A program made the translations under genes and the position numbers. This document shows, in pieces, positions 26,710 through 38,520 of a stretch of 64,000 bases of DNA; the stretch's first letter is position 1; each line of letters opens with the position of its first letter. Under the pieces are notes generated by a model. It saw only the letters and a program-made list of their open reading frames with translations. It made no database searches and was not told where the DNA came from. This DNA is from Lama glama (taxonomy: Eukaryota), in NCBI GenBank assembly GCA_028534125.1, contig CM052817.1, positions 31,064,001 through 31,128,000 of the forward strand, read 5' to 3'.

Positions 26710-28154
26710 CTGCAGAGGAGAGGATGGAAGCTCTCAAGAAGTGGTGAGGGCCTGGAAAGATGAGTCAGGTGACATCTAAGTATGCTGACCACTCACCTGC
26801 CATTCAGAGCGAATACCCATCTCTGATTGTTCTGCTGCCTTTGCAATGACATCAGCAACTTCTTGTGCGGATAAACAAGGAAACTCATCTGTACATGAAA
26901 CTCATCTGAAACTAAGGCCTCAGGGGTGGCTGGACCCTCAAAGGATTAAAAAATCAGGTTACCCTCCTTGAATTGCAAGTATTCATTCAAGTTTGGAAGA
27001 GGGATTTTAAAGAGGTTTCTCTACCGAGAAAGAATGACTCGGATTTTTCCTTAAGGGACAAGAACATTTTACTGGACTTGCAAATGCCAATGTGATGACC
27101 TTTGCTGTATGTTTGTAGATACATCTGTGAAAGAGCTGAATTTGACCTGGACAGAGTTTATAGAAATGAAATAGTTGATTCAGAATCAAATGCTTTTATG
27201 AAACTTTTTGGATTTTGTGAAAGCATTTTAATTGTCTTAGAAATGCAGACGTTCTCTAGGGAATTCATTTGAGCGTATATTTATTTTACTCTCTGCCTAT
27301 TTCAGTATTCTCCTGAGGTGGAGCCTTTACTGGGGAGGGGCAGCAGCAATGCCAGGGTTCCATGGAGACGTGTTCTTCTCTCTGCTTCCAGTCAAAAGAA
27401 GACTTTACATGAGGTCTGCTTCTGTGCCAGTAATGTCAATGTGGAAACAGGCTATAGGTAAGGAAGACAGAATCAGCTAAGTCTAGAGCCCATTTGGCAA
27501 TTTCCTGTATTCTGAAACTGACAATAGCCTGATCAAAATGAGACCATCAATTTCAAAACAGTCTACAAGAGACCTTTTGGGGGTTTATTGTCTTTACAAT
27601 ACCCTATAATTTTTCTTGTGTTGCGAACTCTAAAAATGAGATATTATAAACTGAGACTAATACTGGTGGTCCTCAAGAGGATTCCATGAGATTATTAGAA
27701 AAATTTGTTTTTTGATACATTTTAGGACAGGTATGTCTAAATCAAGTTACTTGCTGTTGCAAATCATATATGCTGGCTTTAGTTGGAACAAAGAAACTAG
27801 TTTCTACCCAAACTGACAGGTGTTATTATAATATCATGTATTCTTGTTGAGTTCTTTTAAAATTCTGTATCTATTCATCTGAATATTGTCAGCCACCCAG
27901 AATTTCCTTCATGAAATCTCCATGCTAACGTTCCATGTCTATATGAAGGTCTTCTTAATGACTATTCAACTATTATTCTCAGGGCTTAATCTTATACCTG
28001 TTGCCTACTATGCTGGTCTGATATTTTTTGTAGCCTTATAATATTATTGCAAATGGTCTTCTACACAAACAGATTTATAGAACATTCAAAATCCTCCATG
28101 GCTAATTGAGGTAGCTTTCTGCTTTCTTATGATTTTTTTTAAAGTAAACTGTTT

Positions 28155-28160
28155 AATAAA
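28155..28160 (+). terminator. Candidate ATP10D polyadenylation signal AATAAA
   Basis: AATAAA about 1.45 kb after the stop, at the end of AU-rich UTR-like sequence. No transcript evidence. Confidence 0.5.
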
Positions 28161-29289
28161 TAACATATACAAAAACTGTCTTCACTCCTGTATATACTCA
28201 CTGAATCCAACAGTAATTGGTACCAGAGCTTAGATGGACAATCCTAAAGCACACCTTTTACCAGAATACTGTTTTGATCTTCTCTTATATGGAAAAATCA
28301 GTGTTGTCATATCGTCTGTTATCTTCATAGCAGCTGGCATTCATTCCCTGAGATCATCTTCTGATGAATAAAAATTTAGAGATATATTCACTTGTAAAAA
28401 ATACAAGGAATTAGAATCTAATGATAAGAAGAATGAGTCCAAAAGACTAAGAAAAAAGGGCAATTTCCAAGATCCAAAGTATCTATACACGTGAGTAAAG
28501 TCTTGAGTTTCCGTGAGTCCGTAATCTGTTTTCCACAATCCCACAATCCCAAGAACTCTGAAAACTGAAGTTTTCATAAATTAGGCACAAATTCAATGTC
28601 TTAAACAGACATAAGGCTATTTATTTATTTAATGTAATTATTTGTATATTTTTGCCACAAAAATATTAATACATTTTATTACAGGGTGCTGAACTTTTTA
28701 ATACTAGGTTTTCAAGATTTAAAAAAATTCTGGACTCTGAAATAAATCTGGCCCTCAGGAGAAAGTGATTTTGGATCTGTATGAAGCCTTTTAAAGGGTC
28801 TCATTTACAAATGAGTAACTTTTATACAAAGTCACCCATGCTGATGTGACCTGTTGCATTTTGGTGTTCAGTGCATTTCACCAAATTTGGGGAGGTGGGG
28901 ACTAAGCATTACATTATTGCTTTTAGAAGCCAGGAAAAATTAATTAACAGTATACATTTTGCAATACAATTTTACCCCAAAAACTTTATAAAAGAATTGG
29001 GTCAGATTCCCAAAATGTGCTCTAGACATTAAAGATCCTTGAACTCTTGCCAGAACTAAAGTTTTCCTTGGACACTCAGTGGCTGATTTGAGACTATTAG
29101 CAACCTCATTTCAGACTAATCAAAGAGCCATCGGTCGTCTAAAATAAAAGCATGTTCCTTCCTGTGAGAGTGAGACAGGTAAGTAAATTTTGATTGGTGG
29201 GGAACTGGGTGCCAGCTATTATAATGGGAGACACAATTTCCTGGGGTTTGCTATCCATATTTCATATCCATTAAAAAAAAGTGTACCAT

Positions 29290-29295
29290 TTTATT
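29290..29295 (-). terminator. Candidate CORIN polyadenylation signal AATAAA
   Basis: TTTATT on + about 1.5 kb past the CORIN stop, followed on - by a T-rich tract. No transcript evidence. Confidence 0.55.
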
Positions 29296-30814
29296 TGTAT
29301 TAAAGGTTATTTAAAATAAGTATAATACGTACATTTCACTGAACATGAGCATAATTTGTTAGATTATGTACTGATAACAAAACTGACATATGTTCTCATA
29401 TAGTTGTGACCACAATTCAGTTGCTGGATTTTACATTCTCAACAGGTTTACACAAACTACAGAACAAGAGATGAATAATGTGGAAGTGTCAAGACAACTT
29501 TTCGAATGTGCATATGCACACAGGTAGAAAAGTACCAAAACACGTGTATAAAATTGCAGGTGACCTCTGTGGAATGCTGAGGCCGCCCAGGTTGCTGGTG
29601 AAAGTTAGTACGGAATTGTATTCATTCAAAAGGCATTTGGATGTTGCAAAAGGGATGCCTGACTCATTAAATTAGGTGCATGTGAAGATTTGTGTTTTGA
29701 AACTTCTTAGTGGAGAAAAATTCTTTGACTAATTACTTCAGAAATTGATGTTCCTAAAGTGGCCTAGTGCTTAAAAGCATCTTTAAATTTTTGTTTTAAT
29801 TATCAATGGGGAGAAATGGCAACACCAGATATTAAACATCTTTTGAGGAAAATTGCAAAATACTTTCCTTCATGCAAAGTCTTACTGTGCTTTTTATTGG
29901 TATGGATGAACACAGGAAAACTGGGAAATATTTAATTAGGGATGGGATACAATTTAATTTTCTTTTTTTAAAAAATTACATCTCTTCACTCTAAAGCGAG
30001 TTTGCCTTTGGTAAAATTTAATTTCAACTTCATTATCCCATAGGAGAATGAAATACTTCCCACAAATATTTTTCCAGTTGTTGAAAGCTCAGTTGGCAAC
30101 TGATACACAGTGAACAAACCTCAGCCAGGAAGGTTCCATGGAAACTTTTCTATAAAATTACAACCTTGATTTGAATTCAGAATGGGCAGTCCTGTGATAC
30201 CAAGTGCTAATATTGATATCAAACGAAAGCTTTGTGCTCAGTCTGTCTTGTAATTTCTGCTGTCTTTCATAAGTGCTCAGAATTATGCAAACTTTAGAAG
30301 AGAAATAGAAAATAACTTAAGCATGTAAATTATCTTGGCTTCTAATAAATCAAAAGCAAGTCGCCAAAGTTAATACTGAAATTTGCTACTATGCTACTCT
30401 GCTTGAGAAACAAAAGCTGGCAAAGATGAGTCAGCTTGGATCTCAGTGTCCTTTCTGTGACCGGACAAAACCGAACCTTCTCTAACCTGTTGGGCTAGCG
30501 CTTGAATTATTCTCTTTCCAGAGTTGATCATTCCATGTTACAGTCAAGGTTAAGCCTGCCTGGCAAAAGAACAAACTTTAGCTTTGTTTTTTAAAGACTT
30601 TCATTGAACTTAAAGTAGGAGAAAAATAGAATGTTTTTAAAAAGCTGAATAAAACTAGACCAAGAAGACATGAACATTTGCAGCGCACTGTTAAGCATCC
30701 CGGTCCATGAAAAAGTGCTTCTGTATAGCTCTCTGCAAAGGAAGAAGTTCTGCATGGTCAGGAAGGCCGTTTTCTTTGAATGTCGCTGGCAAAAGTCTCT
30801 GATCATCTTTGGAA

Positions 30815-30997
30815 TTAGTTTAGGAGGAAGGTGTGGATATATATTTGTCTTTCAATCCATTTGACAAAGTATGTCACATTGCTATAAACTCCAGGCCCCA
30901 GGACTTTGGAAAAGCAGACGGAGCCCCATGAAGTTAAGCCAAATAATGTCCACTGTCCTCCAGGCCGCTCACAAACAAGAGGCCCGCCACTGTCACC
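30815..30997 (-). CDS. CORIN: CORIN last exon (exon 22; catalytic Ser)
   Basis: ttacag|GDSGGPLVCERPGGQWTLFGLTSWGSVCFSKVLGPGVYSNVTYFVKWIERQIYIHTFLLN*; 183 nt including the stop. Confidence 0.96.
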   Translation of the reverse strand, partial: GDSGGPLVCERPGGQWTLFGLTSWGSVCFSKVLGPGVYSNVTYFVKWIERQIYIHTFLLN

Positions 30998-32287
30998 CTG
31001 TAATGAAGAGCAGTTGATGTGAGTCACCGGTATGTTAGAGTCCTCCTAGGGTACAAGCTATCCTAGGGATAAAATAAATCCAAACCCGGGTTAACCAACA
31101 TCTTGTAGAATTTCAACAAAGCTTTCATTGTCAACCCATGAGGGAGCACGCATCCTACAACATAAAGTGAACGTCCCAATGAACATTGTAAATGCTGAGC
31201 TTTAAAAGAGGAGGGACGACTTGGAGAAGTTCTGTATTTCTTTATGGTATCAGAGGACTTTTTGTTATTTCCTGCACTTATTCAAAAAATGTCTTGAACT
31301 TTTTTTTTTAATTTACTGTATCAGAACTGATTCTCTTACAGCTGAGCTCATTCTTTAATTTGAATCCATTTTATGAATTTAGAACGTACTCAAAATGAAA
31401 CATTCAAGGACTCTCTTCTCACAAAAAAAATTCTAAAACAACTCACTACTTGGAAGATTTTTGCTATGCGAATGAATGCATCAAGGAAAACACTCAGGGA
31501 CCACTTACACATTTCTTAACAGTTTTTAGGACTTTTTCAAATAGCATGCTTGAAAAGAAACTACTACATAACAATTAATTACAGTAAAATATATTATTTA
31601 TAACATTTTATTTCACATGCATAGAGGTTTTTCATTCTTGGTGTTTAAGTTTAGGTGTTGCAGTTGAGATTTACTCAGTTTTTTTGCCCACATATAATTA
31701 ACAGTAAGACACTATGGCTTTAAAAATGCTAATATGTGCTATATCTGAAAAGATGAGAATAAGTTAGAGTGGTATATTCTTCATGGCCTCCAAAGAGAAG
31801 GATTGATACCCTAGAAAACAAGGAGGTAAGTATGTGAACTCATGGCAGAAATTTACAAATACTCCTTGCCCTGCAAGAATTTCAAACTTGGAAGTGTATC
31901 CATGGTCTTCCCACCTGGTAATGTTGGAGAGTAATAGTAATCATGTTCATTGATGCTCTTCTAAACACTTTCCCTACATTAGCTCATTTAATCCTCATGA
32001 AATCCCCACAGGTTAATAATAATTGTATTATTATGTTATTACAGAATGATTGTTTACATTTTCATTATTATTGTTGTATCCATTCTGGAGACAATGAAAC
32101 TGAAGCACAGTTCTTTTATAACTTGTTCATTAGCAGAGCTGGGCGTAAAGCCCAGGCACTCTGGCACATGACTCCAACTCTGTAACTACTAGGCTGTCCT
32201 TTTTCTTAGAAATGTTAGTGAGTACAACTGCTATTAAAGCAACATTGACTTTCTGATCGTGCTGTGTGCTTTGTAGAAGTGGTGATC

Positions 32288-32727
32288 TTTTTTACTGAAG
32301 CAAAGTTGATTTACAGTATTGTGTTAGTTTCAGGTGTACAGCAAAGTGATTGTTATACACACTTTTTCAGATTATTTTCCATTATAAGATATTGAATGTA
32401 GTTCCCTATGATATACAGTGAACCTTTGTTTCATATCAATTTCATGTATAGTAGTTTGTATCTCTTAATCCCATACTCCTAAATTATCCCTCCCTGCCTC
32501 CGTTTCTACTCGGTAACCATAAATTTGTTTTCTGTGTCTGAGTCTCTTCCTTGTTTTGTATATAGGTTCATTTGTATTATGTTTTAGATTCCACATATAA
32601 GTGATATATTTGTCTTTCTCTGTCTGACTTCACTAAGTATAATCTCTAGGTCCATTTATGTGGCTACAAATGGCAACATTCCATTCTTTTTTATGGCAGA
32701 GTAGTATTCTACTGTATGTGTGTATGC

Positions 32728-32758
<31 letters not shown>

Positions 32759-34513
32759 TACACACATACATGTGTATATGACATCTTCTTAAACCAGTTG
32801 CCTGTTGGTGGACATTTGGGTTATTTCCATGTCTTGGCTATTGTAAATTGTGCTGCTGTGAACATTGAGGCACATTTATCTTTTCAAATAAGAGTTTTCA
32901 TCTTTTCCAGATATATGGCCAGGACTGGGATTGCTGGATCATATGCTAGCTCTATTTTTAGTTTTCTAAGGAACCTCCTTACTGTTCTCCATGGTGGATG
33001 CACCAATTTACATTCCTACCCAACAGTTTAGGAGAGTTCCCACTCCTCCACACCCTCTCTAGCATTTATTATTTCCAGATGTTTTGATGATGGCCATTCT
33101 GACTGGTATGAGGTGTTACCCATTGTAGTTTTGATTTGTATTCCTCTAATAATTAGCAATGTTGAGCATCTTTTCATGTGTCTGTTGGCCACCTCTATAT
33201 CGTCTTTGGAGAACCATCTATTTAAGTCTTCTGACCATTTTTTGTTTTTTTTGATACTGAGTTATATATGCTGTTTATGTATTTTAGATACTAATCCTTG
33301 TTGATCACATCATTTGCAAATATTTTTTCCCACTATGTAGGTTGTATTTGTTTTATTGATGGTTTCCTTTGCTGTGCAAAAGCTTTTAAGTTTGATTAGG
33401 TCTCATTTGTTTATTTTTGCTTTTATTTGTTTTGCTTTAGGAGATTGTGCTAAGAAAACATATTGCTACAATTTATGTCTGAGGATGTTTTGCCTATGTT
33501 CTCTTCTAGGAGTTTTATGGTATTGTGTTTTGTATTTAGATCTTTAAAATACTTTGAGTTTATTTTTATATAGTGTGAAGGAGTGTTCCAATTTCATTGA
33601 TTTACGTGTCCAGCTTTCCCAGCACCACTTGTTGAAGACACTGTCTTTTCTCCATTGTATATTCTTACCTCCTTTGTCATTGATTGTGGGTGTGTGGGCT
33701 TATTTCTGGGCTCTCTATTCTATTCCATTGATCTGTATATCTGTTTTTGTGCCAATACCATGCTATTTTGATTACAGTAGCTTTGTAGTATAGTCAGAAG
33801 TCTGGGAGGGTTATGCTTCCAGTTTCATTCTTTTTCTTCAGTATTGCTTTGGTAATTCTGGGTTTTTTGTGGTTTCACATAAATTTTAGGAATATTTGTT
33901 CTAGTTCTTTGAAAAATATCCTGGCTAATTTGATAGGGATCACATTAAATCTGTAGATTGCTTTGGGTAGTATGGTCATTTTAACAATATTAATTCTTCC
34001 TATGCAAGAGCAGGGGATAGCTTTCCATGTCTTTAAGTCATCTTCAGGTTCCCTGTAGTTTTCAGCCTAAAGGTCTTTCACCACATAGGTTAAATTTATT
34101 CCTAGGTACTTTTTGACAAAATTTTAAATGGGATTTTTTTTAACCTTCTCTTTCCGATATTTCATTGTTAGTGTAAAGAAATGCAACATGTTTTTATATG
34201 TTAATCTTTTATCCTGCTACCTTGCTGAATTCATTTATTCTAACAGTTTCTGAGTGGAGACTTTAGGATTCTCTACATAGAGTATCATATCATCTGCAAA
34301 TAGTTATAGTTTTACCTATTCCCTTCCAAGTTGAATGCCATTTATTTCTTGTCTGATTTCTGTGAATAGGACTTCCAATGCTGTGTTGAGTAGAAGGTGT
34401 GAGAGTGAGCATCCTTGTCTTGATTCTGAGTCTAGCAGAAAGGCTTTTAGCTTTTCACCATTGAGTGTTAGCTGTGGGTTTGTCGTAAATGGCTTTTACT
34501 ATGTTGAGATATG
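32288..34513 (-). mobile_element. 5'-truncated L1 (3' UTR and ORF2 3' part) with internal TA/CA microsatellite near 32716-32778
   Basis: T tract at the left end and continuous antisense L1 sequence up to ...TACTATGTTGAGATATG. Confidence 0.9.
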
Positions 34514-34690
34514 AATTTTTCTCACAATCATCCCTTGTGGCAGTATCATTATTTCTCTTACTTTATAGATCAAGAAGACAAAGGACCAGAGAGGTTAAGT
34601 AATCTACCCCATATCACCCAGCATTAAGGTGGCAGAATAAAGGTATGAACCCATGCCATCTGCCTTCAGAATCCAAGTACTTGACCAATC
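34514..34690 (-). mobile_element. MIR relic, inverted partner of the MIR at 38290-38520
   Basis: CAGAGAGGTTAAGTAA...ATCACCCAGC...GTGGCAGA...TATGAACCCA. Confidence 0.75.
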
Positions 34691-34701
34691 AATTTTTTTT
34701 T

Positions 34702-35272
34702 GTAAAAGTGATTATAACTACAACTAACAGCAAAAGGATAAGCATTAAGCTGTAAAATAGGACATTAAAATCACAAAATATGGGGGAGGGGAATACACAA
34801 ATGTAGATCTTTTATAATGTGTTTGAACTTGTATGACTATCAGTTTAAAGCAAGCAGACATAGTTACGGATGAACATACTTGAACTCCATGATAACCACA
34901 AATCAAATACAACAGATTCACAAAAACCAAAAAGAAAGGAACTCAAGCATACTACAAATGGAAAAACAAAAAGAAGACGAAATGAAGAACTACAAAACAC
35001 CTGGAAAACAAGATTTATAATAGCAATAAGTGTACACCTATCAATGGACTGTCCATTGGACTAAATCATCTGAACAATGGACTAAATGCTCCAATCAAAA
35101 GACAGAGTTGGCAGATTGGATGAAAAAAAACAAGAACTCACAATATGCTGCCTACGAAAGACTCACTTAAGGGCAAAAGAAACACCCAGAGTGAAAGTGA
35201 GGGGATGGAAAAAAGGTATTTCATACAAATGGAAACAGCAAGAAAGCAGGGATAGCAATATTCATATCAGAC
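34702..35272 (+). mobile_element. L1 fragment: inter-ORF region and start of the ORF2 endonuclease
   Basis: AATGGACTAAATGCTCCAATCAAAAGACAGAG; peptide QELTICCLRKTHLRAKETPRVKVRGWKK; ends ...GCAATATTCATATCAGAC. Confidence 0.85.
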
Positions 35273-35646
35273 TCTTCCAGATCAAAAACTTGGCCAGATC
35301 ATCATTTAGCATCTACTTTTTTAAAGATTCTATGCTCAGGTCTACACAAATGAATAAGAAACTCTTTTTGGCCCTAAGGGGCCAAAAGTCCACTTGGGTA
35401 ATGAGAATACCTTCACAAGAAAGGAAAATCTAAGGGCTGTAAGTAAAGGCGTCTTCAAAGGAAAGGGTGATTACTTCAAGGTGGAGGAGAACATAGGCTC
35501 AGTGAAGCAGGTAGACAATTACTGGAAAACAAGAGGTGAAGAAGTAATTATTCAAAATGAAAGGGAGACGACAGCTTAAGGCACAGTTTGGTTTTTTTGG
35601 TCCTCTTTTCTTCTTTGTAATGTGGGCCTTTAGGCCAAAGTTTGTA

Positions 35647-35880
35647 AATTTTTTTAACATTTTTTTATTGATTTATAACCATTTTACAATGTTGTGTCAA
35701 ATTCCAGTGTTCAGCACAATTTTTCAGTCATTCATGGACATATACACACTCATTGTCACATTTTTTTCTCTGATTTATCATAACATTTTGTGTATATTTC
35801 CCTGTGCTATACAGCGTAATCTTGTTTATCTATTCTACAATTTTGAAATCCCAGTCTATCCCTTCCCACCCTCCACCCAC
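35647..35880 (-). mobile_element. Short L1 3'-end insertion with 12-bp TSD
   Basis: TSD CCAAAGTTTGTA at 35635-35646 and 35881-35892; same family as 8977-9153. Confidence 0.85.
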
Positions 35881-36103
35881 CCAAAGTTTGTATTTTGTTT
35901 CAGTATTGAGTCCCATGATTTCTAGACCTTAACAGAGGGACCCATGGCTTCCAGTGCATCCCACTGATGCAATTAAGGAAGATAATGGGCGGGTCTGGTG
36001 AATAATCTTGCTCCAGACCTGGTAAAAAGTAGCTTTTGTTCTGTTTTCTACCTCGGCTTATATTAGAGAGCATCTGATATGCATTCTAAAAAGATGATAC
36101 CCA

Positions 36104-38059
36104 TATCAGAGAAGAAAAGTAAAGAAATAATCCCTTTTAATATTGCATTCCAAAAAAAAATACTTAGGAATAAATTTGACTAAGGAAATTAAAGATGACT
36201 TAAAGGAATGGAAAAATAGCCCATGTTCTTAGATTGGAAGAATTAATACTGTTAAAATGGCCATACTACCCAAAGCAATCTAGAGATTTAATGTGATCCC
36301 TATCAGATTACTCAGGACATTTTTCACAGAACTGGAACAAATAATCCTAAAATTTATATGGAATCACAAAAGACCCAAAATTACCAAAGCAATACTGAAG
36401 AAAAAGAACAAAAGCTGGAGGAATAACCCTCTCAGACTTCAGACAATACTATAGAGCTACAGTAATTAAAACAACTTGGTGTTAGTGCAAAAACAGACCC
36501 CTATAGATCAATGAAATAGAATAGAGAGCCTGGAAATAAGCCAGTAAACTTTTGGTCAATTAATCTTTGATAAAGGAGGCAAGAACATACAATGGAGTAA
36601 AGACAATCTCTTCAGCAAATGGTATTGGGAAAACTAGACAGCAGCATGTAAATCAATGAAGTTGTTAGAATGCTCCCTAACACCATACACAAAAATAAAC
36701 TCAAAATGGCTTAAAGACCTAAATACAAGACACTATAAATGTCCTAGAAGAAAACATAGGCAAAACATTCTCTGACATAAATCTTAGCAATGTTCTCCTA
36801 GGGCAGTATACCAAGGTGCTAGAAGTAAAAGCAAAAATAAACAAATGGGACCTAGTTAAAACTTAAAAGCTTTTGCACAGCACAGGAAACTATAAGCAAA
36901 ATGAGAAGAAAACCTACAGACTAAGAGGAAATACTTGCAAATTATGAGACTAATAAGGCTTAATTTCCAGAATATACAAACAGCTCTTACAACTTAGTAA
37001 CAAAAAAAAAACCAAATCCAAAAATGGGCAGAAGACCTAAACAAGCAATTTTCCAATAAGGACATACAAATGGCCAATAGGCATATGAAAAAAATGCTCA
37101 ATATTGCTAACTATCAGACTCATAGCCCGCACAGATCATCTGGGTGGTGATGGTCTTCATGTCAAAGTAGGACTGACACTGCTCCAGCGGAATAATGCAG
37201 ACTTCTCCCTCTTGCAAATCAAAACTACAATGAGGAATCATCTCACACCAGTCAGAATGGCCATCATTCTAAAGTCCACTAATGATAAATGCTGGAGAGG
37301 GTGTGGAGAAAAGGGAGCCCTCCTACACTGTTGGTGGGTATGTAGTCTGGTGCAGCCGTTATGGAAAACAGTTTTTTTTGAGATTCCTCAAAAGACTAAA
37401 AATAGACTTACCATATGATCCAGAAATCCCACTCCTGGGCATGTATCCAGAGGGAACCTTAATTCAAAAAGATACGTGCTCCCCAGTGTTCATAGCAGCA
37501 CTATATACAATAGCCAAGACATGGAAACAACCTAAATGTCCATCAACAGATAACTGGATAAAGAAGTTGTGGTGTATTTATACAATGGAATACTACTCAG
37601 CCATAAAAAATAATAAAATAATGCCATTTCCAGCAACATGAATGGACCTGAAGATTGTCATTCTAAGTGAAGTTAAGCCAGAAGGAGAAAGAAAAATACC
37701 ATATGATATCACTTATATGTGGAGCCTAAATTAAAAAACAAAAAACAAATGAACTTATTTACAAAACAGAAACAGACTCACAGACATAGAGAACAAACAT
37801 GGTTGCCATGGAGGAAGGGTGTAGGAGGGGATAAACTGGGAGTTCAAGATTTGCAAGTACTAACTATTATATATAAAATAGATAAATAACAAGTTCATAC
37901 TGTATAACACAGAGACCTGTATTCAATATCTTGTAATAGCCTATGATGAAAATATATGTATGTTCATTATGACTGAAATACTGTGCTGTGCACCAGAAAT
38001 TGATATAACATTGTAAACTGACTATACTTCAATAACAATTAATTAATAATAAATAAAAA
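36104..38059 (+). mobile_element. 5'-truncated L1 (ORF2 C-terminus plus 3' UTR) carrying the CORIN exon copy
   Basis: ORF2 peptides [26 protein letters not shown] and [15 protein letters not shown]-rich tail near 38045-38059. Confidence 0.92.
37115..37216 (-). pseudogene. 102-bp duplicate of the interior of CORIN exon 21, embedded in an L1
   Basis: Ungapped match to 39919-40020 with 4 mismatches; carries neither splice site of the exon. Confidence 0.93.
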
Positions 38060-38289
38060 GCTACCCAAAGTGCTGAATTCCCACCACTAAGGAAGTTGGC
38101 AGGATCCCTATTTGGGATTATGATATAAACATTCCTATGTCTATGTTGGGTCTTCACTTCTCTTTCAAAGAATCTCTTCCCCTCCCATTAGCAATTATCA
38201 AGAGATGAAGAGGCACTAGTTTTTAGTAGACCTCCAGATCGTGTTGGCAACAGGGTGGAATGTATTCACATTAATCATTGCTACTAGGA

Positions 38290-38520
38290 TAGTGTAGTGG
38301 CCAAGCACTTGGATCCTGAAGCCAGACTGCCTGGGTTCATATCTGCATTCTGCCACGTTAATGCTGAGTGATATGGGGTAAATTACTTAACCTCTCTAGT
38401 CCTTTGTCTTCTTGATCTGTAAAGTAGGAAAAACGAGCATAATGACTGAGAATTAAATGAGTTATTAGAGAGTATTTAGAAGAGGTCCTGGAATACAGTA
38501 AGCACCAGCTGATAGATGTT
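38290..38520 (+). mobile_element. MIR relic
   Basis: GCCAGACTGCCTGGGTTCA...TCTGCCAC...TTACTTAACCTCTCT...ATCTGTAAA...GAGAATTAAATGAG. Confidence 0.8.

Larger units (their letters stand above)
273..28160 (+). other. ATP10D: ATP10D gene body (partial; non-coding exon 1 lies outside the window, central exons lost in an assembly gap)
   Basis: Ten GT-AG exons or exon parts. Exons 2-9 splice in frame into a P4-ATPase ([44 protein letters not shown]), followed by ATP10D-like C-terminal exons. Tail-to-tail with CORIN as in other mammals. Confidence 0.95.

Noticed and set aside
37104..37418. 104-aa chimeric ORF as a new gene
   Set aside because: It is decayed L1 ORF2 read through the antisense of the exon copy, starts at a non-ATG codon and has no promoter or splice support.
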